A DNA stretch of 64,000 bases from Octopus sinensis (lineage: Eukaryota), in contig NC_043009.1 of assembly GCF_006345805.1 (NCBI RefSeq), positions 3,906,001 through 3,970,000 on the forward strand, given 5' to 3'. This document shows positions 1 through 12,988 of this stretch, piece by piece. The notes under the pieces were generated by a model that saw only the letters and a program-made list of their open reading frames with translations, did no database searches and was not told the origin of the DNA. Position numbers and translations under genes: made by a program. Numbering within the stretch: position 1 is the stretch's first letter; each line of letters opens with the position of its first letter.

Positions 1-97
1 CCAGGCGACTATAGACGTCACCAGGAGAGCCGACATCATCACGGTGTCCTTGCTAGCCTGTAAAGGGAGATCAGCCTCCCCGAAGATACGGATGCTA

Positions 98-140
98 CAC
101 ACGGACCGGTTTCGAGGTGGTCGCCTCTCGTCAGCGCATG
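98..140 (-). ncRNA. Minimal type I hammerhead ribozyme, canonical core
   Basis: CATGCG-CTGACGA-GAGG(cgacca)CCTC-GAAA-CCGG-TC-CGTGTG: 6-bp stem I with G-U pairs, 4-bp stem II, palindromic stem III, GUC site. Confidence 0.85.
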
Positions 141-616
141 GCAAGCACCGTTCTTCGTTGAGGGACTTCCTCCACAGGCTAGAAATATATAGGTTTTCAC
201 TGTAAACACAGTCACTGGCGTCGAAAATCTGTTCGATAACAATAATAAATCTCTAAGCGAGGTATAAACAGGGGAGAAGGGGTTAGAAGGAAAGGGTAGA
301 AGAGGAGGGCGAAGGGGGAGAAGGAAGGAGCTATGGACCAAAAGGTTTCGAAGGTTATAGTGTCGTTTGAAAGAGGGGTGGGGTCGGTTAGGGAAGAGGA
401 TGGGAGAGAAGGGGGAGATGGAAGGAGAGGAGAAGAGGAGGGGAGAGGAGGAGGGAGGATAGAGGGAGAGGGAGAGAGAGAGAAGGGGAGTGAGGGAGCA
501 GAGAGAAAGAGGGAAGGGGAAGAGGGAGGAAGGAGGGAGGGAGAAAGAGGGAAGAAGGGAAGAGGAGTAAGGGTGAAAGGATGACGGACTGAAGAGAAGT
601 AGGGTCGGGGGGGAGG

Positions 617-1380
617 TTAGATGAGGAGGGGGGAGAGGGGGTTAGATGATGAGGGGGGAGAGTTGAGACCAAATGGCGTATAAGAGCGAAGGGAATCCGG
701 ATTGCCTCTGTGTAAGGACAAACCGAACACAGACAGGTGTTGCAAGGAGTGACCGGTGGAGCGGAAATGGCGTGAGACCGGTGTGTCGTTCGCAAGGCGG
801 ATGTCACGGAGGTGTTCCGCGAACCGGTCAACCAAGCGGCGTCCCGTTTGTCCGATGTACAGGGAATGGCAGAGAGAGCAAGAGACGCAATAGATAATAT
901 TTCTGGAGGTGCAGGTGAAGGAGTTGATGATGCGATAGGATCGATGATGGGTGCCAGCGAGGAGGGTGGTGTTGGAGAGGTAAGGGCAAGTGCGGCAACG
1001 TGGGCGGGAGCAGGGGAACGAGCCAGGTTGGGAGGTAGGGTCAGGGAAGGCTAGCTGGACCAAAAGGTCTCGAGGTTATGGTGTCGTTTGAAAGAGGGGA
1101 GGGGGGCGGTTAGGGAAGAGGTGTGAAGTGGACGGGTCGGACTGGAGATGACGGAAAGCTCGAAGAATGGTGCGTTGGCGAGGTAGGGTCGTGGGGTGGT
1201 AAGTGAGGGGTAAAGGGAGGCGGGAGACTGCAGGGCGGGTTCGGGGAGAGAGAGCAGATACACGCTCCACGGAACGTGCTCTGGCAAGGGCGGTGTGGAT
1301 AGTGGTGAGGGGGTATCCACGTAGGATGAAGTGGTGAGCCATACGTTGAGACTGAGTCTCAAAATCCTGGTCGTCATATA
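617..1380 (-). pseudogene. PLE ORF remnant: RT C-terminus plus GIY-YIG endonuclease
   Basis: CSRPRCRTC...FTCTSRNIIYCVSCSLCHSLYIGQTGRRLVDRFAEH...PVSRHF...TPFGLN. Frameshift near 1063-1076; the segment that normally carries the catalytic Glu appears deleted. Confidence 0.88.
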
Positions 1381-1972
1381 CATATATAGTTATGTATATA
1401 ATATGTAATTACATGCATAGCCACACACGCATGCTTAGGCGCACGCGCATCAGTACGTGTTTTTAGTTGTTGAGGCTCTGGGAGATAATTTTTCTTAATT
1501 ATTCATACATGCTACTACCTCGGATTTCATACACTAAATATGTATATGCGTGGAATTGCTTATATATTTGTAGGTTTAACATAATCTTGTTTGATTCTGC
1601 TTCATTCGTTAGCATTCTGTCATTCGCTGAAGAGTTCTATATGCGAGGTTTTCATTTTCCTACAGAGTTTGACTGGATTTTTTCTCCCTTAACTCTCGTA
1701 CTATTTAGTTGTATGTTTTGCTTAACAACTCTTTGTTCCATTGTCCATGATATTTGTATTATTAGATATACAGTTTTTGTTTAGAAACGTTCAGTATTTT
1801 TATTTAATTTTTCTAGTTTTACTCGAATACTGTCTTTCATTTATTCGTATATTTAACACCATCGAATTCTTCCGGGTCAAAGCACACGCACACCTACACA
1901 TATGTATCTCTCTCTCTCTATATATATATATATATGTGTGTATGTATATACATATATATGTATGTATATACC

Positions 1973-2012
<40 letters not shown>

Positions 2013-2115
2013 ACTAATGTAGGATAAAAATTTTTTGGGGAAAAAAAATTTATCAATGGCCAGCATTTATCTAATGCCAAATATGCCGAAAAAAAAGACA
2101 ATAATTGTCAATAAT

Positions 2116-2252
2116 CCATTATAATGTATGCGTCTCGAAACAAACCGATAGAAATCTCTAAAAAATTCGTTATTACCGTATTGTCAATACGGTAATAATG
2201 AATTTTTTAGAGATTTCTATCGGTTTGTTTCGAGACGCATAAATTATAATGG
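2116..2252. repeat. Near-perfect palindrome with 68-bp arms
   Basis: Arms 2116-2183 and 2185-2252 are reverse complements with 2 mismatches and a 1-nt spacer. Confidence 0.92.
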
Positions 2253-2258
2253 TGTATA

Positions 2259-2292
<34 letters not shown>

Positions 2293-2351
2293 CATATATG
2301 GAAAAAAAAGTCAAGATAGAAAATGCTAAACTAATCTTATAAAAAACACTC

Positions 2352-2385
2352 CAGTACCGGTTTCAGTCAGAGACTTTTTCAACTG
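2352..2385 (-). ncRNA. Minimal hammerhead motif, U3-A8 core variant (family 2)
   Basis: CAG-TTGAAAA-AGTC(tct)GACT-GAAA-CCGG-TA-CTG. Confidence 0.7.
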
Positions 2386-2640
2386 TAAATATGGAAAACA
2401 ATTAAATTTTGGAAAAATTAAAAGATAAGTTTTTTTTTAAGAATATTTGCATAGGGTTCAAATGCAAGTGGCATTTCACTTGTTTCTGTCTCTTTCTCTT
2501 CTCTCACTTGTTTACTCTTGCGGGTTCGAGGTCGTGTAAATACATACATACATACATACATACATACATACATACATACATACATACATACATACATGCA
2601 TGCATGCATACATACATACATACATACATACATACATACA

Positions 2641-2674
<34 letters not shown>

Positions 2675-3028
2675 CATATATATATATATACATACACATA
2701 AAAAAGCACTCCAACTTCGGTCGAGAATGGCTATGGATTAGAACTATAACGTCCTCGTTCGTGGCACAACTCTGGACAACAGTAGCTTACGGAAGTCCAA
2801 CATTCGCCCACGCACTTCAGTCTATCCTCTTTACCAGTTCGATAGACTGGAGCAACACGTAGTGAATTGCTTTGCTCAAGAGCACAAAGCGTCACACATT
2901 TCAGGAATAGAAACCACAATCTTACGACCAGGCTTCCAAAGAGTAAGTCCTGGAGTCCACTTGCTCGTCTAAAGGCGCTGTTGTAGCAAGGCCGCAGTGA
3001 AAGGAATGAAACAAGTAAAAGAATAAAG

Positions 3029-3095
<67 letters not shown>

Positions 3096-3536
3096 TATAT
3101 ATATATATACTATTACCACCACATGAATTCAATTCGCATTTGTTAATATATTCCTATGTAATATCTGTACTAGTTGCCTTCCCTTAACTATAAATGTTAT
3201 AGTATTTTGTCTGTATTTATCTATTTAATTATTCTTATGTATGTTATGTCAAGAAGCTCCAGATGGCCATAAGCGGCCTCGTGCCACTTATGTCAATAGA
3301 CTTCTGCCACCCGTACCCTTTATTTATTTACTTACTTTTCTTTTCTATTTATATATCCCTTGAAACGATTTTAACTTTTACCCTTGCTTCAAATATATTT
3401 GTCCAATTGTAGAGATGGATGACTTCAGTCTATTCCATTGCGGACAACAGGTAATATTTCTCTATAATATTTCTGTAAGTACACTATCGTAAGAACTACT
3501 CTTTTATAGATATGTTAGTAATTTTCTTGCATTACT

Positions 3537-3567
<31 letters not shown>

Positions 3568-3616
3568 TTATATTATTATTATTTATTATATTATTATTAT
3601 TATCATTATTATTATA

Positions 3617-3650
<34 letters not shown>

Positions 3651-3894
3651 ATTATTATAATTATATTATTATTATTTGCTAACTTCTTTTCACAACTTTT
3701 AAAACATCTTGGTTTCCCTTTTATATGAAATAATCCGATTTTTTTCCCTAGATGACTCTTTTGCCTACTGACTTCGAAGCCCTATGATGAAAGATTGTAT
3801 GACTTAAATATATTAGTCCACCAGACGTCTTATCTAGGCTATGTTTTTTCTTATTTCCCCCTTCCTTTCCTTTACTTTTGGACGCTTTTGCATT

Positions 3895-4010
3895 CACGCT
3901 GATGAAGCTCCATGTTCTAGTTCGAATATCATATGAAGATGAAGAATATTATTTTCGTAATTCTTTCGTAGGCACTGACTGGCATCGGAATTGGAAACGG
4001 CTGTAAGAAT
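3895..4010 (+). ncRNA. Degenerate hammerhead-like motif with long stem II insert
   Basis: CTGATGA at 3899-3905, then GAAA-CGGCTG-TA at 3994-4005; stems I and II pair only partly. Confidence 0.35.
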
Positions 4011-4231
4011 TGTTATGTCACTTATATGTTATGTCATATTTGGTATATTAAAGCTACAGATGTAGTCCAACTGATTTGTTTGTTGATTCGAAGTTTTCCC
4101 CATCTTCTGATTATTTATATATATATATATATATATTGAGATTATTATCTACGAAATAGTCCCTTTGAGCACAATAGCGAATGCAGTCCCGTAGACATAC
4201 ATTTAATGAATGCCCTTTACATTTTACATAT

Positions 4232-4418
4232 AAGGTGCTGGAGTGGCTCTGTGGTAAGTAGCTTGCTTACCAATCACATGTTTCTGGGTTCAGTCCCACT
4301 GCGTGGAACCTTGGACAAGTGTCTTCTACTATAGCCTCGAGCCGGCCAAAGCCTTGTGAGTGGATTTGGTAGACGGAAACTGAAAGAAGCCCATCGTATA
4401 TATATATGTGTTTGTATA

Positions 4419-4468
<50 letters not shown>

Positions 4469-4678
4469 TTGTGTGTCTGTGTTTATCCCCCCCAACATCG
4501 CTTGATAACCAATGCAGGTGTGTTTACGTTCCCGTAGCTTAGCAGTTCGGTAAAAGAGACCGATAGAATAAGTACTGGACTTGCAAGGAATAAGTCTTGG
4601 GGTCGATTTGCTCGGCCAAAGGCGGAGCTCCAGCATGACCGCAGTGAGATGACTGAAACAAGTAAAAGAGTAAAAGAG
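4232..4678 (+). mobile_element. tRNA-derived SINE family A, full length, with internal (TA)n(TG)n tract
   Basis: A-box-like TGGCTCTGTGG, B-box-like GGTTCAGTCC and (GAGTAAAA)n tail; about 12 related copies in the window. Confidence 0.85.
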
Positions 4679-5223
4679 GGAGAAAGAGATATACACACAC
4701 ATCCAAATTCACACACACACACCCTCTCTCTCTCTCTCTCTCATACAATACTGTTCACAAAAGGTAGCACAGAATGCATTAACATCATTATTTTAAAAAA
4801 CTTGTAACGAAATTAAAAGTTATGTTGCAGCTATATATATGCACACGTGCACACGCACAGAAGTACATACATAAATGTGTGTGTTTTTGTGTGTATGTGT
4901 GTGTGTGGAGTGCATGTGTGTTTAGGAAAAGAGAAGGAATGAGAAACTGACAAAATGTGACAGAGATTGTGATCTCCGTAAATAATGTTTTTGAATTTCA
5001 ATTTCAGATTCAACAATCTTATGAAATAGCAGTTTCCATGGCAATGTCAATCACATATACAGCAAGACATGTACAATCCCGATTAATAGAGTCAATCCAG
5101 TTACTATAGACAACCAAATGTTGACTGTATAGTTGTTTGATTTTGATCAACTAAATTGCAATCACCAAATAATTGATTACTTTTCTTTCGGCATATACAA
5201 ACTCATATTGCCTCCTCTCACTG

Positions 5224-5275
<52 letters not shown>

Positions 5276-5597
5276 TCTATCTCTATCTCTCTCCATCTCT
5301 CTCTCTCTTTCTCTCTTTATTTTTCTCTCTATGACTCCTTCTCTTTTTTTTTATTTTTCTACACAGTTTATTCATCTACCTTCACTGTTGTGATATCTTG
5401 CTACTAGGCAATATCTTCATTTTAATTACTAGAACATCACTCTCTACTTCTAATCCAATTGTTATGGCCGAATATAATGGATCTGAAAGGATCAGCTTCG
5501 GCATCAAATACGGCATCAAAACAGCTTCACAATATCCTGCTCTCTTCCCATGTTTGATGATTCTAAATCACTTGTCAGTTTTCTATTCCATTTGCAT

Positions 5598-5647
5598 TAA
5601 TAATAATAATAATAATAACGATAATAATAATAATAATAATAATAATG

Positions 5648-5706
<59 letters not shown>

Positions 5707-5794
5707 AAGAAGAAGAAGAAGAAGAAGAAGAAGAAGAAGAAGAAGAAGAAGAGAAGAAGAAGAAGAAGAAGAATTATAGCTACAACAACAGCAG

Positions 5795-5828
<34 letters not shown>

Positions 5829-5830
5829 GC
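5598..5830 (+). repeat. Compound microsatellite (AAT)n(AAG)n(CAA/CAG)n
   Basis: Direct reading. Confidence 0.95.
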
Positions 5831-7535
5831 CATCGATCTCTTGACATTCATCTTCAAAACAAAGTTGGATTCTTAGTTGATTGTAATTAATTTCTTCCGA
5901 GCTCATCATTAGAACTTCCTGTCATATTATCCAGGTAAAATAATAACTGCAATCACATTGAAATTACAAGATTATCTCTTAAAATGATGTCACGTGCGAC
6001 CATTATTACATTAATCTTATTTTGCTTTTGTTTTGTTTATATTCTTTTTGGTTTAGTTTTCTTCTTGTATACTTCTTGAAAAATATTGAGACAATTGTCT
6101 GTGAAACTACATATAACTGCGTTCTCGTGACACAAAAGATTTCTTTTTAGTTTCCCTATATTTCAAATTGCTTGTCTGCATGTTCTAGCAAGCTGCTGAA
6201 TTTTTCTTTAACTTGCTTTAAACGCAAAACATGAGACAGAAATAAGCCTGTTAGATTTCGTTTGTGTACAACTCTGTGTAAAATTGTTTGTATCAACATC
6301 GATGAATTCAGAATTTTTAGTCAGTGTTTGGGTTAGCGTTAGTCAATTAAAAAATTAGGACATCGTACAATCTTAACTTTATTACTTTGTTTCTGTTAAT
6401 TTACATACATAACTTTTAAATGACTCACTCTTCATAACGTGCAAAAATATCACAAATATCACCCGGTCTTATTTTGTCATGTGACTCTTAGTTGCTTTTA
6501 GCTGAATACTCTCAGTTGCGTTCAGTCCGAGGGTTAATGTGCTGATTCCTACTTCGCCCACTCGTGAGTCATATCTTCCTCTACTTTATCCAGCAGTTTT
6601 AGGAGCTTCAGAAAAGTCATGGACGTTGCATTTTCCAATATACTACAAAACCTGAAAAGTTCAGTGTTCAGGTATTTTTCCTTCATATAGAAATAATTTG
6701 GAAAAAATTGTGCTCCACATAGGAAGATAGTTTAATTATTGATAGCCCAGTGATGCAATGGAATATACAACTCAATTTAACACACAGCCAGAGTATAATA
6801 GAGAGAAAAATTGCGTTGTATTCATACTTCCAATAAATTTTCATTTTAACACGCTTTTAAAATGTAATTTGAAGATCAATTTTACGATAGGTGCACTACA
6901 GAAGAAACGATATGGTTCTGATGAGCATGATTCGTGACATGGTTCTATGAGTGTTCATTAGAATTAAGACACTAATGTGGGGTTTTTTTATTGACATGTT
7001 ACTCAAAACGTTTAAGGTTCCTTTTTTCTTAAATGAAAATAGTAATTGTAACTCAGATGTATTTTATGAAGACAGTAAAATATCGATTTTGTTTTAGATA
7101 TCAACTTGATCATTTAATTATATGTATGATGTCAGTACTGTTTACTTCTCTTCTATAGTTTTTTAAACATCAAAGTGTGATTAGACGAAATGAGAGCAGA
7201 CAATGCAAAGGGAAGTCAGCAAATATTGCAGGGCATTTAATGTGGGGATTCTTCCTGGCTGTTTTTACCGATAGATTAAAACACACATTGTCTCGCTTCC
7301 ACACATAAATGAATCTTAGTAAAATATATGAAATCTTATAGAACACACATTTCTGAATGCTTTTACCATATGAGTTCTACCCACAACAATTCTTCAGATT
7401 TTTTCGAAATTCCCAATACTCGTTTCAACACAAGATGTTTATCGTTTCATACAATTTTTATCCCTATTGTCAGATTCGAAGGATTTTATATGGTGTTTGA
7501 TGTAGCCATGGAATATTAGTTGTTGTGTTATATAA

Positions 7536-8079
7536 TAGTATCCTTGATGTCACTTGGTGTTAGATCCGTATAGATTCTCAGAATACGTATCTGCTATAAT
7601 TCAAATGCAGTTACAGCCATTCATTTTCCTGTATTTAATATCAGCCAAGCTCACCCTGGAATTCTGTGAGTGGTTATATAGTATTTGTGTCACACTGAAT
7701 TTTGTAGGCTTCCTAGAAAACAAACGCATTTCATTTAAGTTAGAAATAATGGAAAATTGCTAAAGGAACACTGATGAATTTTTCCGTTGGTACTTACAGT
7801 CCTAATGGATCTATTTTGAACCAAGCTTGCAGAGAGTGTGATTATCTTGGCTACGGGCTTCAAAGTATAGGTACAGGCATGAGCCTCACATCTACTAGAA
7901 TACTTGGCCACAAGTTAATATGTTATAAATCTCAGTTACTAGAATAACTCAAAAGCTTGTGGGTCCTTGGCTGATATTAAATACAGGAAAATGAATGGCT
8001 GTAACTGCATTTGAATTATAGCAGATACGTATTCTGAGAATCTATACGGATCTAACACCAAGTGACATCAAGGATACTA
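7536..8079. mobile_element. MITE/foldback with long perfect inverted repeats
   Basis: 7526-7649 and 7966-8089 are exact reverse complements (124 bp). A candidate palindromic 8-bp TSD TTATATAA sits at 7528-7535 and 8080-8087, leaving TAG...CTA termini. Confidence 0.75.
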
Positions 8080-8453
8080 TTATATAACAGCTACTTTCCA
8101 CATTCGGCGGAAAGAATGGAAATTCTACTTTACTGTCTTGATTTCTCTAGTAATTCCGGCATAAAAATCGCAGATTCTGAAAGAAGGTGCAAATGTAGTA
8201 TAGTATCCATTAACAAAGAACCAAACGTATTGTCTTATTGTTATCAAAACACAGCCCTGTTAAATAACTTACATTCATTAACTGCAAAAATGCAACGAAA
8301 GCCTCCTTAGCACTGTATTGCCCGTGTTGCTAATAACCACTAACATTTACAGACACATAGAACACAACAACTAATGCGGCAGCATATGAGTTATGAACCA
8401 TTGTGTACGTGTTAAGATATATATATACTAAAACAATCTTACAAAAAACATTT

Positions 8454-8489
8454 CAGTACCGCTTTCAGTCATTGAGACTTTTTCAACTG
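8454..8489 (-). ncRNA. Minimal hammerhead motif, U3-A8 variant (family 2, second copy)
   Basis: CAG-TTGAAAA-AGTC(tcaat)GACT-GAAA-GCGG-TA-CTG; flanks homologous to about 2325-2425; stem III has one mutation. Confidence 0.6.
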
Positions 8490-8689
8490 TAAGTATGGAA
8501 AAACAATTAAATTTTGAAAAAATTAAAAGAAAAAATGTTTACACACTCATATCAAAATAAGCAACATGTTATCAAGTAGTGATGAAGTACGATCGTTTCA
8601 AGCAGATCCACTTTATATATATATATATATTATATATATAGATCAATAAATGGTGGGGTTGTGTTGACCGCACGTGGAGAAATGATAAG

Positions 8690-8860
8690 TAAGGAAAAAA
8701 TTTTTTAAAAATGCAGAATGCTCAAATGAAAGAAAATTTTAATAAAATGAGAAATTGATAAAATATATAAATATATATTTATATATTTTATCAATTTCTC
8801 ATTTTATTAAAATTTTCTTTCATTTGAGCATTCTGCATTTAAAAAAAAATTTTTTCCTTA
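8690..8860. repeat. Near-perfect palindrome with ~85-bp arms
   Basis: TAAGGAAAAAA...AATGCAGAATGCTCAAATG... mirrored around about 8775. Confidence 0.92.
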
Positions 8861-8873
8861 TATATAATATAAT

Positions 8874-8905
<32 letters not shown>

Positions 8906-10934
8906 GCATATATGCATACATATATGTACATACCTACATATATATGTATACATTCATGCATATTTGGGTACAGGAGATAAGAAAAAACCTAGTCTGAATG
9001 AGAAACGAGAACATAAAGAACAAGAACATAGAAAACGAACTTTTTTTCGAACAACGAAAAAACAAATAGAGAAAAGAGACATGCAACGTAAAGAAAATTC
9101 CCTTCATAAGTTGTCCCCTGTTTTATCTACTCCGCAAGCGCCTTCAGTAGATTCAGTTTTACTTCCAATGTGTTAATCACGCTGAAGTTATCATGGAAGA
9201 TACCCTGGTCACAGTGCTGTAGAGTAAAACTGAACTCATAACTGTTTATAATGCTTCCTTCGTAACCACTCTGTCATGTATTTGCTAGTGTACCCAAAAC
9301 TAAATAAAACTGCTTAAACCGCTTGTATTATTGAAAACGTTAATATACTTGAGTGTCGAATTTCATGCAATTTTAGTTCGAATCCTAGTAAAGTAGGAGG
9401 TGGTAGACAACTTTTATTTTTATGTCTTCTTTGTTGATAATCACCAGTAAATTTTTAATGTCGATTTAATTGGACTCTATATAAATTTTAACATAAGTGG
9501 TTTGCACCTGTAGGAATAAACAAAGACTTGAGAAAGATGGGCAGAAAGAAGAAGGAACAGAGAGACAGGAAGACAAAGAGAGAGGGGGAGAAAGTAATTA
9601 AGGAGAAAATTTATGAGTATTTAAAAAAAAGTCAGCTAAACTAGATAACAGGAATTAAACAAAGACCGTCTACGAATAAGGAGGGAAAGGAAATAGAGAG
9701 GCAATGAAACCAAAAAAGCTCAATGGTGAAACAAAAAAATAAGAAAGGAAGAAAGAAGGAAATAAAGAAGGAAGGAAAGAAGGAAAAAAGACAGTAGTGA
9801 AATAACGGTTATGACGATGCATTATCTGGAAATTTGATGGTTAGAAGAAAGAAAAAAAGTAAGAAAGAAAGACATGTATGAAGGAACGAAGAAAGAAAGA
9901 AGGAACGAGATGGAAGCGAGCAAGGAAGAAAAGAAAAACTGGAAAAGGAAAGAGCCGTATAGTATGAAAAAGAGTGATCGAAAGAAGAAAAGCGAAAGAA
10001 ATTTCGGTAACATCAGAAAGAAAAAAAAGCCAAAAGAAGGAGAGAAAGAAAAGAGGGGAGAAGAAGAAGGCATGAAACATGAGAGGTAGAGAGAGAATAT
10101 AAAAATCAGAGAGAAAGAACGAATGTGAGAAGGTAAGAAAGAAAACGAAACAAAAGTACGTAGAATATAAACAAGCACAAAAAATTTTATGAAGGATTTC
10201 TCATGAAAAGGGAAAGCATGCAAGACAGACTGAAACAACGACAGAAAGGAAAAAAAAGAGATGAAAGAGTGTGAAGTAGCAAACAGATAAACAAATAAAC
10301 AAACCATATGTACATAAGTAAACAAATTTAGAAACCAATACAGATGGATATCAACAGGAACGAAAAAGAAAGACAAAAATATAAGCCAAATAGTGAAATG
10401 TATAAAAACCATAAAAAAACAAAACAAATAATAATAATAATAATAATAGTAATAATAATAATAAGTAAAGAAATAAACCAACAGTCATCCATCACTTCTC
10501 ACGTGTGTTGCTTTCATCAAATATTCGGTTCGACTCTTCTAAAATTCTGTAACCACCGTTTGTAAGCAATATATCTCGGATTTCTCTCTTCCTTCTTACT
10601 AATTCCTCACAAATGTCGATTCAAGTCATTCATCGCACTGAAAATGTCTGAGGCAGCGGTGAGGTCACCACAACAGTATTACAAGGCGTCAAAAGCATCT
10701 TTGCAAAGAGATATGTGTGTGTGTGTGTGTGAATGTGTTTGTGTGTGTATGTGTGTGTGTGAATGTGTTTGTGTGTGTATGTGTGTGTGTGTGTGAATGT
10801 GTTTGTGTGACTGTGTCTGAACGTTTGCGCTCGCGTTTTTGTGAGTCTCAATATATCTATGTGTGCATGTTTCTATATGTGTATATGTCTACATAAATAC
10901 AAATATACGTATATGCGTATATGCACTTATATAC

Positions 10935-11012
<78 letters not shown>

Positions 11013-11699
11013 GTGTGTGTGTTGTGTGGTGTGTGTGTGTGTGTGGTGTGTGTGTGTGTGTGTGTGTGTGTCTGTGTGTGTCTCTGTGTGAGTATGAGGG
11101 TGTACATATATAAATGCATATATATATATAGTTTTACTCATTATATATATATATGTGTGTGTGTGTCTGTGTGTGTGTGTGTCTGTGTCTGTGTAAGTAT
11201 GTATACGTTCGTGTTTGCATGTATATCTGTGTGTTTGTGTTTTTGCAATGAAACCTCATAACGAAGCAAAACTATCAATTTCATTAGATTTTTATAATAT
11301 GCAGGTGATACTGATTCTTAATATTTCTGTTTTAGGTTCATTTTACCTCTTACTTCTTATATTTTGTGAGTATATGGGGTTAGCACGTTGTTACTTAGAA
11401 AATTTTACGTACCAAAAAAAAGTTCTGGATATTTTCCATTTTCCAGCGAGGGCTACAGAAAGGCGCCGAAGAGACGTACGTAATAAGGAATTAATTGAAA
11501 CTGCTTTGGTTGCTGGTTGCTACTTTTAGCAGGTCGAGGGGCCGCTTCGGTTATTTTTTCATTCTTTTGTGACTCTCTTGTTAGCTCGAACCTCTGAACG
11601 ATAGTTTCGAATTCCGGCGGGGTTACAAACAGATTTTGAAGTGCAGGATGGAAGGGGGGAAGATTACATCGAGCCCAGTACTTACTCTGTTACGCTTTT

Positions 11700-11905
11700 A
11701 TTCTTTTATTTGTTTCAGTCATTTGACTGCATCCAAGCTGGAGCATCGCCTTTAGTCGAACAAATCAACCTCAGAACTTATACGTTTTAAGCCTACTACT
11801 TACTCTATCGATCACTTTTGCCGAACCGCTAACTTACGGGGACATCGGTTGTCAAGCGATGATGGTGGTGGGGAGAAATATACACACACACACGCAAACA
11901 CACAC
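11700..11905 (-). mobile_element. SINE family A, 3' half of a copy split by the tandem array
   Basis: Reverse complement matches 4460-4678. Confidence 0.8.
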
Positions 11906-11929
11906 TCATATATGTACGTATATATATAA

Positions 11930-11999
<70 letters not shown>

Positions 12000-12227
12000 A
12001 TAGAAATATTAAAATTACTAAGTCTCTCTAAAAGAGACAGCGGCAGCGTTCCCGGAAAATAATAGTTATCGCAATAATAATATGGCATTCTTATAAAAAT
12101 AAGAATAAAGCTGTCCGCTTATTAGCTCAATGAGGCCATCGCCTTAAGTTAGTTATTTGATACACAAACTGTATCCATATAACCTTCGAACAAGGGAGGT
12201 CAGTCGCTCCACACTACTTGACCGGCA

Positions 12228-12269
12228 GCTACAGACGCGTTTCGGGGTATTGCCCCTTTTCAATGCAGC
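12228..12269 (-). ncRNA. Minimal type I hammerhead, U3-A8 core (array unit 1)
   Basis: GCTGCA-TTGAAAA-GGGG(caata)CCCC-GAAA-CGCG-TC-TGTAGC. Confidence 0.8.
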
Positions 12270-12586
12270 GTAGCCAGCCAGTAGGTGTCGCTTCTGACAA
12301 TCTCTGTTCGATAGTTTTATTTACCGAGTTTCGGTGGATACATCCACTTGTTTTCAATAATAGAAATATAAAATTACTAAGTCTCTCTAAAAGAGAACAG
12401 CGGCAGCGTTCCCGGAAAATAATAGTTATCGCCATACTAATATGGCATTCTTAAAAAATAAGAATAAAGCTGTTCGCTTATTAGCTCAATGAGGCCATCG
12501 CCTTAAGTTAGTTATTTGATACACAAACTGTATCCATATAACCTTCGAACAAGGGAGGTCAGTCGCTCCACACTACTTGACCGGCA

Positions 12587-12628
12587 GCTACAGACGCGTT
12601 TCGGGGTATTGCCCCTTTTCAATGCAGC
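12587..12628 (-). ncRNA. Minimal type I hammerhead, U3-A8 core (array unit 2)
   Basis: Identical to the unit 1 motif. Confidence 0.8.
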
Positions 12629-12945
12629 GTAGCCAGCCAGTAGGTGTCGCTTCTGACAATCTCTGTTCGATGGTTTTATTTACCGAGTTTCGGTGGAATA
12701 CATCCACTTGTTTTCAATAATAGAAATATTAAAATTACTAAGTCTCTCTAAAAGAGAACAGCGGCAGCGTTCCCGGAAAATAATAGTTATCGCCATACTA
12801 ATATGGCATTCTTTAAAAATAAGAATAAAGCTGTCCGCTTATAGCTCCATGAGGCCATCGCCTTAAGTTAGCTATTTGATACACAAACTGTATCCATATA
12901 ACCTTCGAACAGGGAGGTCAGTCGCTCCACACTACTTGACTGGCA

Positions 12946-12988
12946 GCTACGCAGACGCGTTCGGGGTATTGCCCCTTTTCAATGCAGC
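12946..12988 (-). ncRNA. Hammerhead, U3-A8 core (array unit 3, with indels)
   Basis: Same motif but GAA instead of GAAA and a 2-nt insertion in stem I; may be sequencing error. Confidence 0.6.

Larger units (their letters stand above)
1..1380 (-). mobile_element. Penelope-like retroelement, 5'-truncated and decayed (RT thumb/linker, GIY-YIG, 3' pLTR with hammerhead)
   Basis: ORF 1076-1342 has the PLE thumb/linker pattern (FILRGYP...LPLTYHP). ORF 617-1063 has a Cys-rich GIY-YIG domain. A hammerhead lies downstream at 98-140. The 5' end abuts (TA)n. Confidence 0.9.

Noticed and set aside
1627-1795. CTGAAGA...GAAACGTT as a split hammerhead
   Set aside because: About 150-nt gap with no convincing stems.
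9822-10481. 219-aa Phe-rich membrane-protein-like ORF
   Set aside because: Antisense translation of an A/G-rich low-complexity tract.
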